The notes: a model not told the origin generated them from the letters alone. DNA of 64,000 bases from Octopus sinensis (GCF_006345805.1 NC_043004.1:30628001-30692000); one strand, 5' to 3'. Shown: positions 39,305 through 54,076, counted from the stretch's first letter. Numbers and translations: made by a program.

Positions 39305-40116
39305 AACCTGGGAGAGACAAATAAACACGAGGCGTCTGTATCAATGCCTCCGGAATATCTGTCTTAAAATTTTCAAGACCAACGTGTTCGCGCCAACCCA
39401 TCAGCAGTAAATATAAACTGCCGATTCAATCTCAGAATTAGTCAGAAAATTATCAATTAATCAATTTAGGGTAGCAAAAAATTCAATAGAAATTTATCGC
39501 TACCAGCGGCCTAGTGGAAAAGAGAAAATAGTCAAAGACTAAAATATATAAATATAACAATTTAGGAATGGCCTTAACAGGCCATTCGTCCACCAGAGAG
39601 AGCAGCCAGAACTCAAACCGCCAAGCAGTAGTAATTCAGAAATTAGGTGAAAATTTAAAAACGTTTACCCTAATTCATCTTTTAGACGATGCATAAGCTA
39701 GTTTATCATTAAAAACACAGAAGCGATGCATCGTCTAAAAGATGAATTAGGTAAACGTTTTTAAATTTTCACCTAATTTCTGAATTACTACTGCTTGGCG
39801 GTTGAGTTCTGGCTGCTCTCTCTGGTGGACGAATGGCCTGTTAAGGCCATTCCTAATTGTGTTATATTTATATATTTTAGTCTTTGACTATTTTCTCTTT
39901 TCCACTAGGCCTCTGGTAGCGATAAATTTCTATTGAATTTTTTGCTACCTAAAAATTGATTAATTGATAATTTTCTGACTAATTCTGAGATTGAATCGGC
40001 AGTTTTTATATTACTGCTGATGGGTTGGCGCGAACACGTTGGTCTTGAAAATTTTAAGACAGATATTCCGGAGGCATTGATACAGACGCCTCGTGTATAT
40101 TTGTCTCTCCCAGTTT

Positions 40117-40213
40117 TTTTACTGATGAAGTGTGACCTATGGTAGATTAGCTTAATTTAATTTAATTAAGCTAGTTTATCATTAAAAACACAGAAACGAT
40201 GCATCGTCTAAAA
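40117..40213 (+). ncRNA. Type I hammerhead ribozyme H6 (predicted; cleavage after C40208)
   Basis: CTGATGA 40122-40128; extended stem II with the tagcttaatt/aattaagcta hairpin; GAAA 40193-40196; helix III palindrome ACGATGCATCGT; stem I tttta/taaaa. Confidence 0.8.
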
Positions 40214-40432
40214 GATGAATTAGGGTAAACGTTTTTAAATTTTCACCTAATTTCTGAATTACTACTGCTTGGCGGTTTGAGTTCTGGCTGCTCTCTCTGG
40301 TGGACGAATGGCCTGTTAAGGCCATTCCTAAATTGTTATATTTATATATTTTAGTCTTTGACTATTTTCTCTTTTCCACTAGGCCGCTGGTAGCGATAAA
40401 TTTCTATTGAATTTTTTGCTACCCTAAATTGA

Positions 40433-40470
<38 letters not shown>

Positions 40471-41769
40471 TATTTGTTTGACCATTCTTGTCTATGAACA
40501 CGGCTTCTTACCTAATCACCAACCTCAAAATGATGACCAATGCACTGTATAATAAGCGCCTAGTTGTCAATAAAAGTTGAAAGGTGTATAAACACCCATT
40601 TGTTAATACGAGTTGAAGTGCATAGGAGATAAAGCAACAGTAGAGTTACAGAGTTGGAATTGTCAGTGTGGAAGCATTTACTTCAAAGTGTACAGCGAAC
40701 TGAATCATCGTTAAAAACGCAATCATTTATTACAGTATTGTAATATGGTAACTATGCATTTAGCGCAAGGCTAATCTTTTCTTCTGAAAAGATTAGGTTA
40801 TTAGTTCGGTATTAGGGTTGATAAGTAATTATTGATGAATAACATTTCGTAGGCTGCGTTCATAATGACTATAATAATATTGGTATTAGTTTTTGTACTT
40901 TGTTATTAATCCTGAACGTTTGCCTTTTTATAATGTACGACATTTGAGTAAATAGAACCGCAACCAGGTACAAGTTTTCACTGCATAATATGCTAAATAA
41001 TAATTCAAAGATTGTTCATAATAATCAGAATCAAATTAAGTAGAAAGAAAGAGAATGCTTTGTCACAAATCTGATTGAAATAGCTTCGACTAGCATCTCA
41101 GGTTGTCCTGTAAAAAGACGTAAAAAAAAATGGCGAGAGACCTTTTCATGGAGTAGAGCCATAAGGCTCTGCGTGGACTACTGAATTACTCTGCTTGGTG
41201 TTCAAAATGCAAGCTTTTAATAATTCCAACGTAATTTTTAGAACGTTTGACAAGGTCATTTAGCTGGAAGATTCCAGCTCACTTGGTTACTTGGGGGAAT
41301 AGAACGCCCATCTTAATGTTTACCGGCCAATCAGCATTATCTGACGCATATCAACTAACGGCGGCGAACATCAAAGGAAGGATTTTGCTATGTAAATCGC
41401 CCGCTATATGGCAACTCCGTTCTGGAAAGTTGAAAGGCCCGTTTGATTGGCCAGCCACTTTGATGTAGCGTTTTTACCATATTTAGAAATATATTTTTGC
41501 TGACGTTCTAAGCTACAATTTTAAGTGAGGTGGTTTTAAATCTTGCCAAAAGCCCTGTTACAGGTTAACTGTGCACTGCATCTTGTGTACAGTACCAGAG
41601 CTTCACTGGTGCTAGCGTGTCTTCTGATTGACGAATTTAGGAATATTCAATAGATATATAGGACAGCTACGATATAAGCTGGCACATCAGTCGAATAAGC
41701 AATCGTCGACAAAGATCTGCAAAACCACCAGGATGTAGTGAACCAGTGCTAACATACTGGACCTAATAA

Positions 41770-43060
41770 CACTGGTCAACAAAATGAAACTTTTTTTAAT
41801 CATCAGATTTGCTGATTTACTTTTCTGGGTTAATTTTTGATGCTGATTACGAATCTGAAGTCCGATTTCCTCTACCAGGTCACATTTTCATGTTAATGAT
41901 ACCCGCTGTTTTCATTTATAGGATACGTAAAGCATGTCTATATAAAGTATATTGAATACAAGATACGATAATTCCATGGCTTTTTATTGTACAAAATTAA
42001 AATGATTGTGTACAAATAAGTTAGAATACACTCAAATACATAACAACTTAAAATCTTTGGGATTTGAACTTTCTATGGTGTTTTGTCTCAGGTTCATCCC
42101 TGTATAACATCCAACAGTAGTCAGCTAACATTCCTGCATTCCCAAATCATTGATAACGTTGTTCCATCGATGCAATATCTTGATGAAAGCGTTACCCTTG
42201 TTCATCAGACACTGCTCCAAGGTTCTCTGCAAAAACGTCCAGATGTGAATTAAGGAAATGGACTTTTAGCGACATCCAACGGTCCATTGTAGCGTAGAAA
42301 TCTAGAAGACATTGCACTCCATTTCTAAATTCTAGAGATCTCTTGTTGCCTGAGAAATTTTCACAGAGCCATTTGAAGGATTCCCAAGCTTTAAGCTCAA
42401 CCTCATCCAGTTCTGTGAGGAAGTGGTTGTCCTTCAGGAGTTCTTTTATCTGCGGACCTATGAATACACCTCAGTTTTGCCTCGGGGATTTTGGGGAATT
42501 TGGCCTTCACATATTCAAAACCTTTTGAGCTTTTCCTGGCAAGTGTCTTCACGAATTGTTTCATGAGGCCAAGCTTTATGTGAAGAGGGGGAAGAAGAAC
42601 ATTTTCTGGGTTTAAAAGTGGCTTACTCTGGACGCTAAAAACTCCTGGCTCATGATTTTCGCAAAGGCCACTCTGATTGCACATAGTGTTTGTTAGTTGC
42701 ACAACTGTCCTATAGGCATAAAAAGCAACAATATTTGGTGAACCCAGATTGCATTCCCATCAACATTCCAATCACCTTCAAGTCTCCACATATTTTCCAG
42801 CTGTAGTTTGTAAACTTTATGGCATTGAGGAGTACTTCCATGTATTCATAATACTCCTTCATGTACACTGAATGTCCTATGGGAATGGATGGTTTCTTTT
42901 TGCCGTTGTGTAGTAGTACTGCTTTGAGGTTTCTCTGAGATGAATCAATGAATAAGCGCCATTTAGCTGGAACATGCTCTTGGGACAAACAGCGAAATAA
43001 CTCATCAGTGTTATTACTGAAACAAAGTGGTCCATCAACAGAGAAGCATGAAGTAATACG
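41770..43060 (-). mobile_element. DNA transposon 3' part, Chapaev3/CMC-like (superfamily tentative)
   Basis: WRLFIDSS..LKAVLLHNG...CGDLKV...GFTKYCCFLCL and VLLPPLHIKLGLMKQFVK; terminus cactggtcaacaaaatg. Confidence 0.6.
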
Positions 43061-43289
43061 AATGGGGAGTTTTTCCCGGGTCTTTCAAAATACTATTAAA
43101 TAGTATTACTAACATTTTGTGTGCTGACGAGAGTGATTATTATTATTGTTGTTGTTGTTGTTGTTGTTGTTATTATTATTATTCAAGGAAGCTTTTTTTG
43201 TGTCTAACATCTTGTGTTATTGTAAATAAGAACAATGCAAAAAGCTACTTCACTGTGCATTTCTATTTATTATATTTGTATGGATGAGG

Positions 43290-44046
43290 TTGGATGCGAT
43301 GAGATTGAAACTATAGACCACATAATCTCAGGGTGTAGAGTTTAGCACCTGTAGAATATAAAGCAAGACATGACAGGGTCGGCCAGTATTTACACTGGAC
43401 AATATGTCAGTATTATAAAATCAAAACCGCTGACAAATGGTATAAACACCATCCTGAAGCTGTCACTGAGGGAGAAAATGTGTCGATTCTCTGGGACTTC
43501 CTCGTACATACCGACAAAACTATAAAAGCTAATAAACCGGATATTATTATAAAGGATCAGACAAAACAGGTGTGTTTATTAATTGACATGAGTATTCCTT
43601 GCGATCACAATATAGCGGCGAAAGAATTTGACAAGATCAGTAAATATAAAGACTTGCCAATAGAAATTGGGAAAAGGCGGCATCTCAAGGCGACTACAGT
43701 ACCAGTGATTGTAGGATCTCTAGGAATGATAAAAAAAGGTAGTGAAACCTATTTGAAAATGATACCAGGCTTACCATCCCTACAGGAAGTGCAAAAATCG
43801 TATTAACTGGAACGACTCAAGTACTGAGAAGAGCATTATCGCTGTGAAAACAACATCCATTCATGAATTTATTTATTTATTAATTTTTTTAAATACATAT
43901 TTTACCTGTGAATTTGCGTGTGTAATCTGGGAATGCATACAATGAGCTTCTCTGCCCTAGGTGTACGGGAAAAACTCGGCGAGAAATGGAAGAAAATTTG
44001 AAGAAAGACGGGAAAAAACAGTAATAATAATGATGATGATAATAAC

Positions 44047-44093
<47 letters not shown>

Positions 44094-44124
44094 TGATGAT
44101 GATGATAATAATGATAATAATATA

Positions 44125-44174
<50 letters not shown>

Positions 44175-44183
44175 GATAATAAT
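43290..44183 (+). mobile_element. R4/Dong-like RLE non-LTR retrotransposon 3' end with (AAT/GAT)n tail
   Basis: C..ETIDHIISGC zinc motif, RHDRV, ILWDF...ANKPDIII...LIDMSIP; frameshifts; 3' UTR to ~44021, then triplet tail. Confidence 0.82.
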
Positions 44184-44458
44184 CGGTTAGTCTACGATTT
44201 TCTTTCCTTTTTAGCAATAATCCTTTTGGCCTGAAGCTGAAATACACAAATTTAACTTCCAATATGAAATTTAGCAAAACGTGAGATGTTTACATTTCAT
44301 ATAAAAATTTCCTTGATTCCACCTTGACTTAGATTTGCGGAAAAAAACAATGTAACATTCTTTGGCCTGGGGCTGGTGTATTCTTCAAGGTCTGTTTTGT
44401 ATCCAAAAATAAACAGCTAAACAACAATCCTTTGCACACGCACGCGCTCTGTTTTGTA

Positions 44459-44491
44459 TCATCATCATTATTATTATTATTATTATTATTA

Positions 44492-44540
<49 letters not shown>

Positions 44541-44552
44541 CATTATTATTAC

Positions 44553-44603
<51 letters not shown>

Positions 44604-44626
44604 CATTATTATTACTATTATTATTA

Positions 44627-44657
<31 letters not shown>

Positions 44658-44680
44658 CATTATTATTACTATTATTATTA

Positions 44681-44711
<31 letters not shown>

Positions 44712-44799
44712 CATTATTATCATTATTATTACTATTATTATTATCATTATTATTATTATTATTATCATTATTATTACTATTATTATTATTATATTATTA

Positions 44800-44835
<36 letters not shown>

Positions 44836-44903
44836 CATTATATTATTATTATTATATTATCATTATTATTATTATATTATTATTATTATCATTATTATCA
44901 TTA

Positions 44904-44952
<49 letters not shown>

Positions 44953-44990
44953 GCTATCATCATCATCTTCATCATTATTACTATTATTTG
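44459..44990. repeat. ~530-bp (ATT)n/(CAT)n trinucleotide array
   Basis: Direct inspection; explains the poly-I/L/Y ORFs. Confidence 0.98.
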
Positions 44991-45296
44991 TAGTAGTAGT
45001 AGGTGGAGGAGTTGTAATAGTAGTAGTAATTTCTTTACCTTCGTAAGTAGATCTTCGTAAAATTCTTAGAAATATCTTGAAGGTTCATGTTGCTCTTCGA
45101 CAGAACAAAAAGAAAATAAAAACGAAACGTTTCTTCTATTTGCTTCCAGGAAAGAATAGTTCAAGTTCTTTTCTCTTTTTTCCCCTTGTTTATAACCTTC
45201 TCGAAAGTTCATGTCGAAGATTACCTCTGAATTCAAAACACACACATGCATATCTGTTTTTAAATTACTTTCCCTCCATAGATACTACTACTACTA

Positions 45297-45340
<44 letters not shown>

Positions 45341-45448
45341 ACTTACCGCTGAGGTAAGTATATAATTATAAGTAACTTCTGACATAACAATGGCATACAA
45401 GTGATTTGACAACGGAGGTTGGTAGACCCCTGGTATGTCAAATATATA

Positions 45449-45679
45449 TATTTCTTTACTACCCACAAGGGGCTAAACACAGAGGGGACAAACAAGGACA
45501 GACAAAGGGATTAAGTCGATTATATCGACCCCAGTGCGTAACTGGTACTTATTTAATCGACCCCGAAAATATGAAAGGCAAAGTCGACCTCGGCGGAATT
45601 TGAATCCAGAACGTAGCGGCAGACGAAATACCGCAAAGCATTTCGCCCGGCGCGCTAACGTGTCTGCCAGCTCGCCGCC
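45449..45679 (-). mobile_element. SINE family B, full length
   Basis: Sense head ggcggcgagctggcag, B-box-like ggattcaaattcc, tail agtaaagaaata. Confidence 0.85.
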
Positions 45680-45685
45680 TTGAGT

Positions 45686-45721
<36 letters not shown>

Positions 45722-46601
45722 GTGTACGTATGTTTGTGCTTCTCTTTCTCTTTTTAATGTAGAGTAAATTTTGACAGGCCACCTGCTTGGTAACAAGGTT
45801 CTGAAGGAAAGTATCTTGTTTTAATCGTCATCCTTTAAGCCTTAAGGACTTGCAGGTTTTTATAGCCCCAGATATAGTGATTATTTACAGCATATGAATT
45901 AAGGATTTGCATTCCCACCCCCAAATCCCATATAATAGATATGAAGCTGAAAGTGTATTTTGGGTACTGGATTTGAAAACTCATTATGTCCATAGATGTC
46001 CTCTTTCTCTCGTATTTTGAATTCAAAGACACGAAAAAAATGCAACATCACTTGCAGATAGACTTATAAATTTCAGCCCTGCTTCCGTTTACAGTATTAG
46101 TTAACCTGAGGGTACAGTTGAAGACACTTGCTTAAGACGCCACGTACTAGACTCGAACCTGTAACTACGTAGTTGTAAGGCATACTTCATAACCGCAGAG
46201 CCATACTTGCGCCTACGGGCAACATGTTACAATAAATTACTGTTCTGAGTTACCGTTAGCTTTGATTTAATCGATTCTGTATCTATACAGAAGTTCTCCA
46301 AGGAATGCAAATATTCATTTAGAATTTTATTATGCCTACATATCGTAAGTTACACAGAATCATTAGACAAGACCAAAAATAGAAAATTAGATAAACCGTG
46401 TCGCTCACAGTTGCATTAGTAACTTGTCTACAGAACAAAGAATAGATGATTAGAGCGCTGCCATGCAAGCTGTGTCAAAAGTCACCGTCTTTTCAATAAA
46501 CTTAGCAATTTTAACCAATCGAGAGGAAAGAAAGATTACGAAGTATGTCATCACACACACACACACACACACTCACACACACACACACACACACATACAC
46601 T

Positions 46602-46633
<32 letters not shown>

Positions 46634-46689
46634 ACGAAATTTTTTCTCCTAAAGACACAAGACCTGAATTTTTTTGTAGGGGGAGAGAA

Positions 46690-47178
46690 CAGTCGATTAC
46701 ATCGACCCCAAGACTCAACTGGTGCCCGAAAGGATGGAAGCGAAATTTGAACTCAGAAGTAAAGACGGAAGAAATAACTATTTCTTTACTACCCACAAGG
46801 GGCTACACACAGAGGGGACAAACGGATTAAGTCGATTATATCGACCCCAGTGCGTAACTGGTACTTATTTAATCGACCCCGAAAGGATGAAAGACAAAGT
46901 TGGCTTCGGCGGAATTTGAACTCAGAACGTAACGGCAGACGAAATACCTATTTCTTTACTACCCACAAGGGGCTAAACACAGAGAGGACAAACAAACACA
47001 GACAAACGAATTAAGTCGATTACATCGACCCCAGTGCATAACTGGTACTTAATTTATCGACCCCGAAAGGATGAAAGGCAAAGTCGACTTCGGCGGAATT
47101 TGAACTCAGAACGTAAAGACAGACGAAATACCGCCAAGCATTTCACCCGGTGTGCTAACGATTCTGCCAGCTCAGCAT
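46690..47178 (-). mobile_element. Head-to-tail multimer of SINE family B (one head, three bodies)
   Basis: Junction gaaata(c/a)c-tatttctttactacc repeated at ~46788 and ~46949. Confidence 0.82.
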
Positions 47179-47191
47179 CTTCACACACACA

Positions 47192-47222
<31 letters not shown>

Positions 47223-47845
47223 CATACAACCACGCACACACTCACACATTCACACACACACAATGTAGATAATATATATTTTAGCAATTTCATATACCAA
47301 TTCTTTCATTTTGGAATTATTTGCGACACCAATCTTGAAGTACTAGAATTATTCCATAAAAATGATAGAAATGTAATATGGATATTAAGAACCTACAAAA
47401 CTCCACGAACACCACTGACAGCAAAACTCTGCCTAAAATAATAGACTTTAGAAACTGCATAAAGAAGTTTGAAAAGAAAAAGAATTTTCCTGATACTTCA
47501 AGTGTTAGTCGACCATCCTTCGAGAAAGACATAGAATAAAGGGTTATGCAAACATTACCGGAAATGCCAATTCAAATGTAATAAGAAAAGTCAGTTTCAG
47601 TTCTGCACGTAGCGCTTGTGACATCCTCAAACGAAGTGTGATACAGATTATTTCATTCTTGTAGTTTACAGACATCCTGGATTTCTCCGCGGCAATTAAT
47701 TACACGGGAAAACCAAGAAAATCATTTAGAATATTCCTATTGGATTCTGAATGAGCAAACCTTGACTAATAACATTCTTTAATCACATGAATTAGCTAAC
47801 CTTGATGAATTAGATAACACTGTTTAACACTTTAATTTTTATCTT

Positions 47846-47914
<69 letters not shown>

Positions 47915-49390
47915 TTGTCTATGGTCAGTAAGTGTTATTTCCTATTTGCTTCTATCTAGAAATCAAAGGAAATGACTACTATTCCCTTCAAACTTTTGTG
48001 ACACGGACATTAATGTTTTGGAACTGACCTATTTTCCATTGCATTTCAGACAGATTCAGCGAGGAGACTGCTAATGCAGAAATATCATTATAGCAAATAT
48101 TCTGCTCAATACCACAGATTTGCTTGTTAGTTGCTTGGTCTAAACCACTTAAGCATGTCCCTTAGTGACTGATAACATGTGCATCACTGATCATGAGCAA
48201 GACAAGTGGGGGGGGGAGAGCATTATACCCATGTATTGAGAAGGACTCTTTGGAGTTTGACTGAACATTAGCCATTTTTCACAAGCAAATAGGAAATAAC
48301 AGATGCTGCTCAAGGACAAAAATCATGTTACACACTGTAATCACCATAACTAGATTATTTGACCTCATGAAAACCCAAGACAACTGCTGGTATTGTACAG
48401 TCATCATCTCCATAGAATAATTTGAATTCTTCAAGTCTGATGCCTAAAACCATTTTAGAAGGATTAAATCAATATTTTAAATGAATAAATTATATCCTCA
48501 TTCCATTATTTTGGTATCAGAAGTTAATATATTCCAGCAGTTTGTTTTTCTCTGAAAGGCTAAAATTATTGGCTTATTAAACAGATGGTCACCTTTGAAA
48601 CATCCCATATATCTGTAAGCATATACATGTGTGTTTGTAGGTGTGTGGGTGCTTGTTTTGTGTGTGATTATAATAAATGATCATGTTCCTGAGCAATGAG
48701 AGGGTTGTTCCATGGTGCTAAGAACATGTCAGATAAATACATTCGTGGGTCTTTGACAGGGTGGAATATGTTGTCAATTCTCGACAATTTGGTGACGTGG
48801 AACGAATCTGAAGAAAGTTAGATTGCTCAAAACACACGGATGGAAAAAAAAACAGCCTGACGTGAATTCGAACTCACTTATGAACTTGTAAACTGTAGTC
48901 GTTTCATTGAGCTATTTCACTTCTACACAGTTGTAAATTGGTTTGCAGTGATACGGTGTGTCAGTAGAACTCACCGCAGTAGGTAGTTGTGTCAGTATCT
49001 TTTATCACTGAGTCTATGAGAGAGCAATGAAGACTGCTGTTCAAGACACACAGACAATTCCTCTCAGAATTATGCAAATTATAAATAAATAATGAAAACT
49101 ATAATATTCACAAGAGTGTGCTGATGTGTTCATTGAAGAATGGTAAGAGGTTCCTGGAAGACTGGTTACGACCCATTCCCCTTCACGATCTCTCTTTTTC
49201 TCTCTCAGTCTCATTCACTTTTTCTCTCTCGTGACCTCGATGTCCTCCCTCTAAGTCTGTCACTCTTTCTTTCTTTCTTCCGCACTCTCTCTTTCTCTTG
49301 CACTTTCTTCATCTCATTCAATTTTTCTCTATCTTTCATGTACTAATGATCTCACTATGTAGTCCCCCCCTCTCTCTCTCTCTCTATCTA

Positions 49391-49421
<31 letters not shown>

Positions 49422-50360
49422 ATCTATTTCTATCTATCTCTCTCTCTCTCTCTCTCTCTCGCTATCGCTTTATTTATATCTATCTCATTCGCTTTTTCTC
49501 TTTCTTTCACTTATTCTCTCACAATCTTACTTCTTTCTTTCTCTCCCCGTCCCTCTCTCCCTCCTTCTCCTTCATCTTTCTCCGTCATTACGTTTTGTCT
49601 ATTAAAATCATCAAGGCAGAAACGAATCAAATGTATTTTAGAGCTTCTTCAGCCTGACAATGACCAATGCTCTCCCGAGTTGATTAAAACTTGAAGCCAT
49701 TTTCACATGATTCAACATTAACCGCCAATCCGTAACCTATTTAACAGTTAATAATTTGCTAGTGAGTTCCATATCTCTGTCGCTATCTGACCTCTAACTA
49801 AACAGTCTGAGATAAGAACATGTGACATGAACGAAGAGATATCGCATCGCCAGTTAAAAGATAACAATACAGAGCCCAACTAAAGCCTGGTATTATAAAC
49901 AATAAATGAGCGCCAGATATGTCACATACACTCAATATATAGTTTATATAGAAAGACCCGTAATCTTTATTGGGTTTCCGTGGCAGACAGCCATCTCTCT
50001 GAATGCTAATAATGAATATGACCAAGAATATCAGGTACGAAACCGACGATAGAATCAACTCATTAATAATTTGGAAGATAGATTGAAGTTGTTATTCCAG
50101 GAGATGACATCAGAATAGAGTGTTTCATCAGAGGTAGGGGAATGAGAAATGTTATAAGACTGTATATTAGATTTACTAAAATTCTACACCGTTTATACAT
50201 AAATGAAGACAAACATACATACATGCGTACATGAATATGTGAGTATATGCGTGTGTGTCTCTGTATTTATATACTGTATATATATATATATATATGTGGG
50301 GTGAGGGTGCGTGTGTATGTGTGTGTGTGTGTGTGTGTAAGTGTTGCTTGTTAGCCACCC

Positions 50361-50408
<48 letters not shown>

Positions 50409-50499
50409 GCGACTGAGAGATTTATGTAGTAGTGATACGATAAAGTAGTTGTATGCTGTCAACTTAATATGACAGTCCCATGAAGGGAATAATACTACT

Positions 50500-51250
50500 G
50501 CTATTTAGCCCTAGGAAGCAGCACCGCTTCCATAAGGACACATTTCCTGTGTCCTTATGTTTATCTCCTCCTTGTAAACATAAGAAGGTATCTTTGCCTC
50601 CGCATCTTAGCATAAGCTAGCTGATAGTAGAGGGCTTGGAATTTTCCTGCATTAAATGGCATGTTGTTTTGTTCAGCCCGTTTTTATATGGCATCAAGAT
50701 TTTACTGTAGAAGATTAGCATCGATAGACTCCTTGACTAATTGTACTACTTTTGTGTCGTAAGTGTGGCTGTCTGTGTAATTGATGGCATATCTGAAAAA
50801 GCTACCATAAACAGCAGCGGTCCCAAGACAGTTCCCTGAGTCACTCCACTCGCTATTACTGACTCCTTGGAGAGGGTCTCATTGGCTGCCAGAGCTTCTG
50901 TCTCTTAAGAAGTCATGTAATCACTCTGCCAGTTTTCCAACTATTTCGTGTCTCCGTAGTTTGTTACATACTATCCAATGTACAACCTTATCAAAGGCCT
51001 CTGCAAAATCGATTTATATCACATCCACATTTGAGTGATTCCTTAGTTGTTTTAACACCCAGTCATAGTGCTGCAGAAGCACTATAGAAGCAGAAGCAGT
51101 GTTGGCTGTGTAGAAGCCATACTGGGTATCAGGGATCAAGTCATTATCTTCTAAGAATATGATCAGCTTCTTCCTGACAATGCGCTCCATGAATTTGCTG
51201 ATATGTAAGTTTATAGAGACAGGCCTATAATATTTAGCATAGGAATATTT
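50500..51250 (-). mobile_element. CR1-type LINE reverse transcriptase fragment
   Basis: Remnants YRPVS, KFMERIVR, DFAEAFDKV, SGVTQGTVLGPLLF; stops and frameshifts. Confidence 0.82.
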
Positions 51251-51350
51251 GCTAGGAATACATCCGGGGCTGGGTCTGTGACTGAGTTTAGGCTCTCTTC
51301 ATAAATAGCTGACACTACATCACTTTCCCCTCTGTCTGTCTCTCGGCCTT

Positions 51351-51392
<42 letters not shown>

Positions 51393-51493
51393 ACACATAC
51401 ACACATATATATGTATATATATATATGTATATGTATAGTATATACATATTATATATATTTATATATATGTGTGTGTGTGTTTGCGTGTATACG

Positions 51494-51527
<34 letters not shown>

Positions 51528-53982
51528 TGTGTGTATGTGTGTGTGTATGTATGTATGTATGTATGTATGTATGTATGTATGTATGTATGTATGTATGTAT
51601 GTATGTATGCATGCATGTATGTATGCACGTATGTATGCATCTCTATTCTATACATACTCCTTATTCTTAAATATGTTTGTAACAAATATAGCTTCTTTTG
51701 TAAAAGTGGTTGGAAATATACATTGGTTTTATCAATTTAGTTTATTACTGGTATTTATTTGATTGGTTTGAAAGAGACAATAATCGATCGAGACATGATT
51801 CGAATTTAGAACCGTGATTTCTTAAAAGACACAATAAATTCCAGTTAATTCGATCGGCATCAACTAGTCACCGCCGAGAACATTCGCCATTACTTCATCT
51901 CATTCACACGCGAGCATACAGCTGTTAAATCTCTATCTTTTGAGACGGCTTGACAGATATTCCAGAATTTAGGTTAGTTTCATTTTGAACGGTTTTATTC
52001 ATCAATTTTCTGAAACATTTTCTATCTTTTATTGAGTCTTTGATATTGATACCGACATCGCTCTCAACAAATAATGCAACTCTGAAATTACAAATGTCTG
52101 TAAGACGTTCCTATATACAGCCATGAACATTACTAGAAACTAACAGATAGAAACTAAGACACCACACAAACTGAAGGTGTCGTGACTGCTATAACTTTAC
52201 TGAGTTTAACAATCTTACGTTGTGCAATGGCAATGGATGGATAGACTAAATCTGATAATCTTTCCCCTAAATACATTTATTAACTTTCAGAAGGTGAAAC
52301 AATTAAGTGGATCTCTCTAGTTACTTCATCTCGTTCTTTTTATCCATCGCATTTATGGTATCTTGTTTCATGTTGAATTCAGGCTATATTTCCAATGGAA
52401 TTTCGAAATCGAATTTCAAGTCTCTCCTCCGATTATACTTCTACCAGAAAATCTAATATTTTCGGACTTTTATAAGCGATATGAAATGAAAGGAATTTCC
52501 TATTGTGCACGATGAAAGTCAACTGAGGCTGATTTTTATACATTGAAACAACGTTCATTTAATAATGTGTGGTGGTCGGAAATGGATAAAGACAGAGAGA
52601 CAAAGATGGCAAATATATCATAATATATCTGTCTGCCACCCCACTCTCTCTTCTCCCGTTCTCACCACTCTCCTTCCCCTCTTTCGCTCTGCAAATAAAT
52701 GTGTGTGTGAGTATGTTTGTGTGTCATAATCACACACATACACTAACGCATACAGACACACAGATATACATACGCACACATACACGCACACATATATGTA
52801 TATATGTACATAAGCATATATAGATGCACACATACACATATATATATACACACACATACATATATATAACTCATACACATACATACATACAGATATGTAG
52901 ATATATGTGTATGTATTTGTGTATTTATGTACGTAGGTATTCACATACACGAGCACGTATGTGTATATATACACATACATGCACACATATAGACGTATAC
53001 GCGTGCGCACACACACACGCGCGCATATACACACACTCACACACACACAAACAATATGGTCACACAAAATAATATATTAACACAATAGAAGAAATGACGC
53101 CATAGCCACCACAGGCACCAAATTCAATTCATATCGATTAATGGATGAAAAGCGACCAAATCCCCAGGAACTATAACTTTGGTAGAGCCCAGCTAAATCC
53201 TTTTCAGAGCAGCTCGCCCTTGACATCTACTTCTAAGCTGTTGCTTTCCGATGTGTTGCATGTGGAAGCGTGCCATTTGGCTCCCACCAAATACCCAGAC
53301 CTCAACTTAGGTTCCATGAACTGTCTGCACGTAGAAATGCATAATCTTATCGGCAACGGTTTTTGGTAGGACGAGTAAACCAGATTGAGAATACCCAGGC
53401 TGCAACTTTGGAATAATTTTCAGTGAGACCTTTGACGTGCTTTTGTGCATTGTTCATTCTTGTTACCAGAGACGTGTCAAAACTTTGAACGATGCCTTCA
53501 ACTCTTACAGCCATATCGGTGTAAAGGATTTTTTTCTTCTTTTTTGTTTAATTTCTTCAGAAACAGTCAGCTGGCAAAAGCAATTTCGTCGGATGTGATA
53601 ATTCTGTAGATAGTTTATCTTCGATGCTTCGAGGATTCAGGCAAGATATTGTATTTGAAAGAATTCCAACATATCCCAATCATTCTAGAGCAACGTCAAT
53701 GATTAAGTACCACAGAGCAACACAGACAATAGAGATTATCGATAAATGGGGATTTAGGTATATAAAGAGATAGTCTGTTGTTTCCCAACTCATTCTAGAG
53801 TATTGATGATGATTCGATACGACAGAGCAACAGAGGCAATGCAGATTATAGATAAATAGGAATTGGGGTGTTTAATGAGATAATCTGATGTTTCCAATCA
53901 CACGAAATAAGGAGATCAAATGCTAAAATTACTAAATTATATATGTCTTTGTGTGTGTATGCATGCATGTATATATGTATGT

Positions 53983-54036
<54 letters not shown>

Positions 54037-54076
54037 ATATACATACACTCATATATATATATATATATATATATAT

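Noticed and set aside
44385-44993. Poly-Ile/Leu/Tyr ORFs of up to 179 aa
   Set aside because: (ATT)n array
49798-50058. 86-aa ORF with a hydrophobic N-terminus
   Set aside because: TTG start, no recognisable family, no splice or expression support
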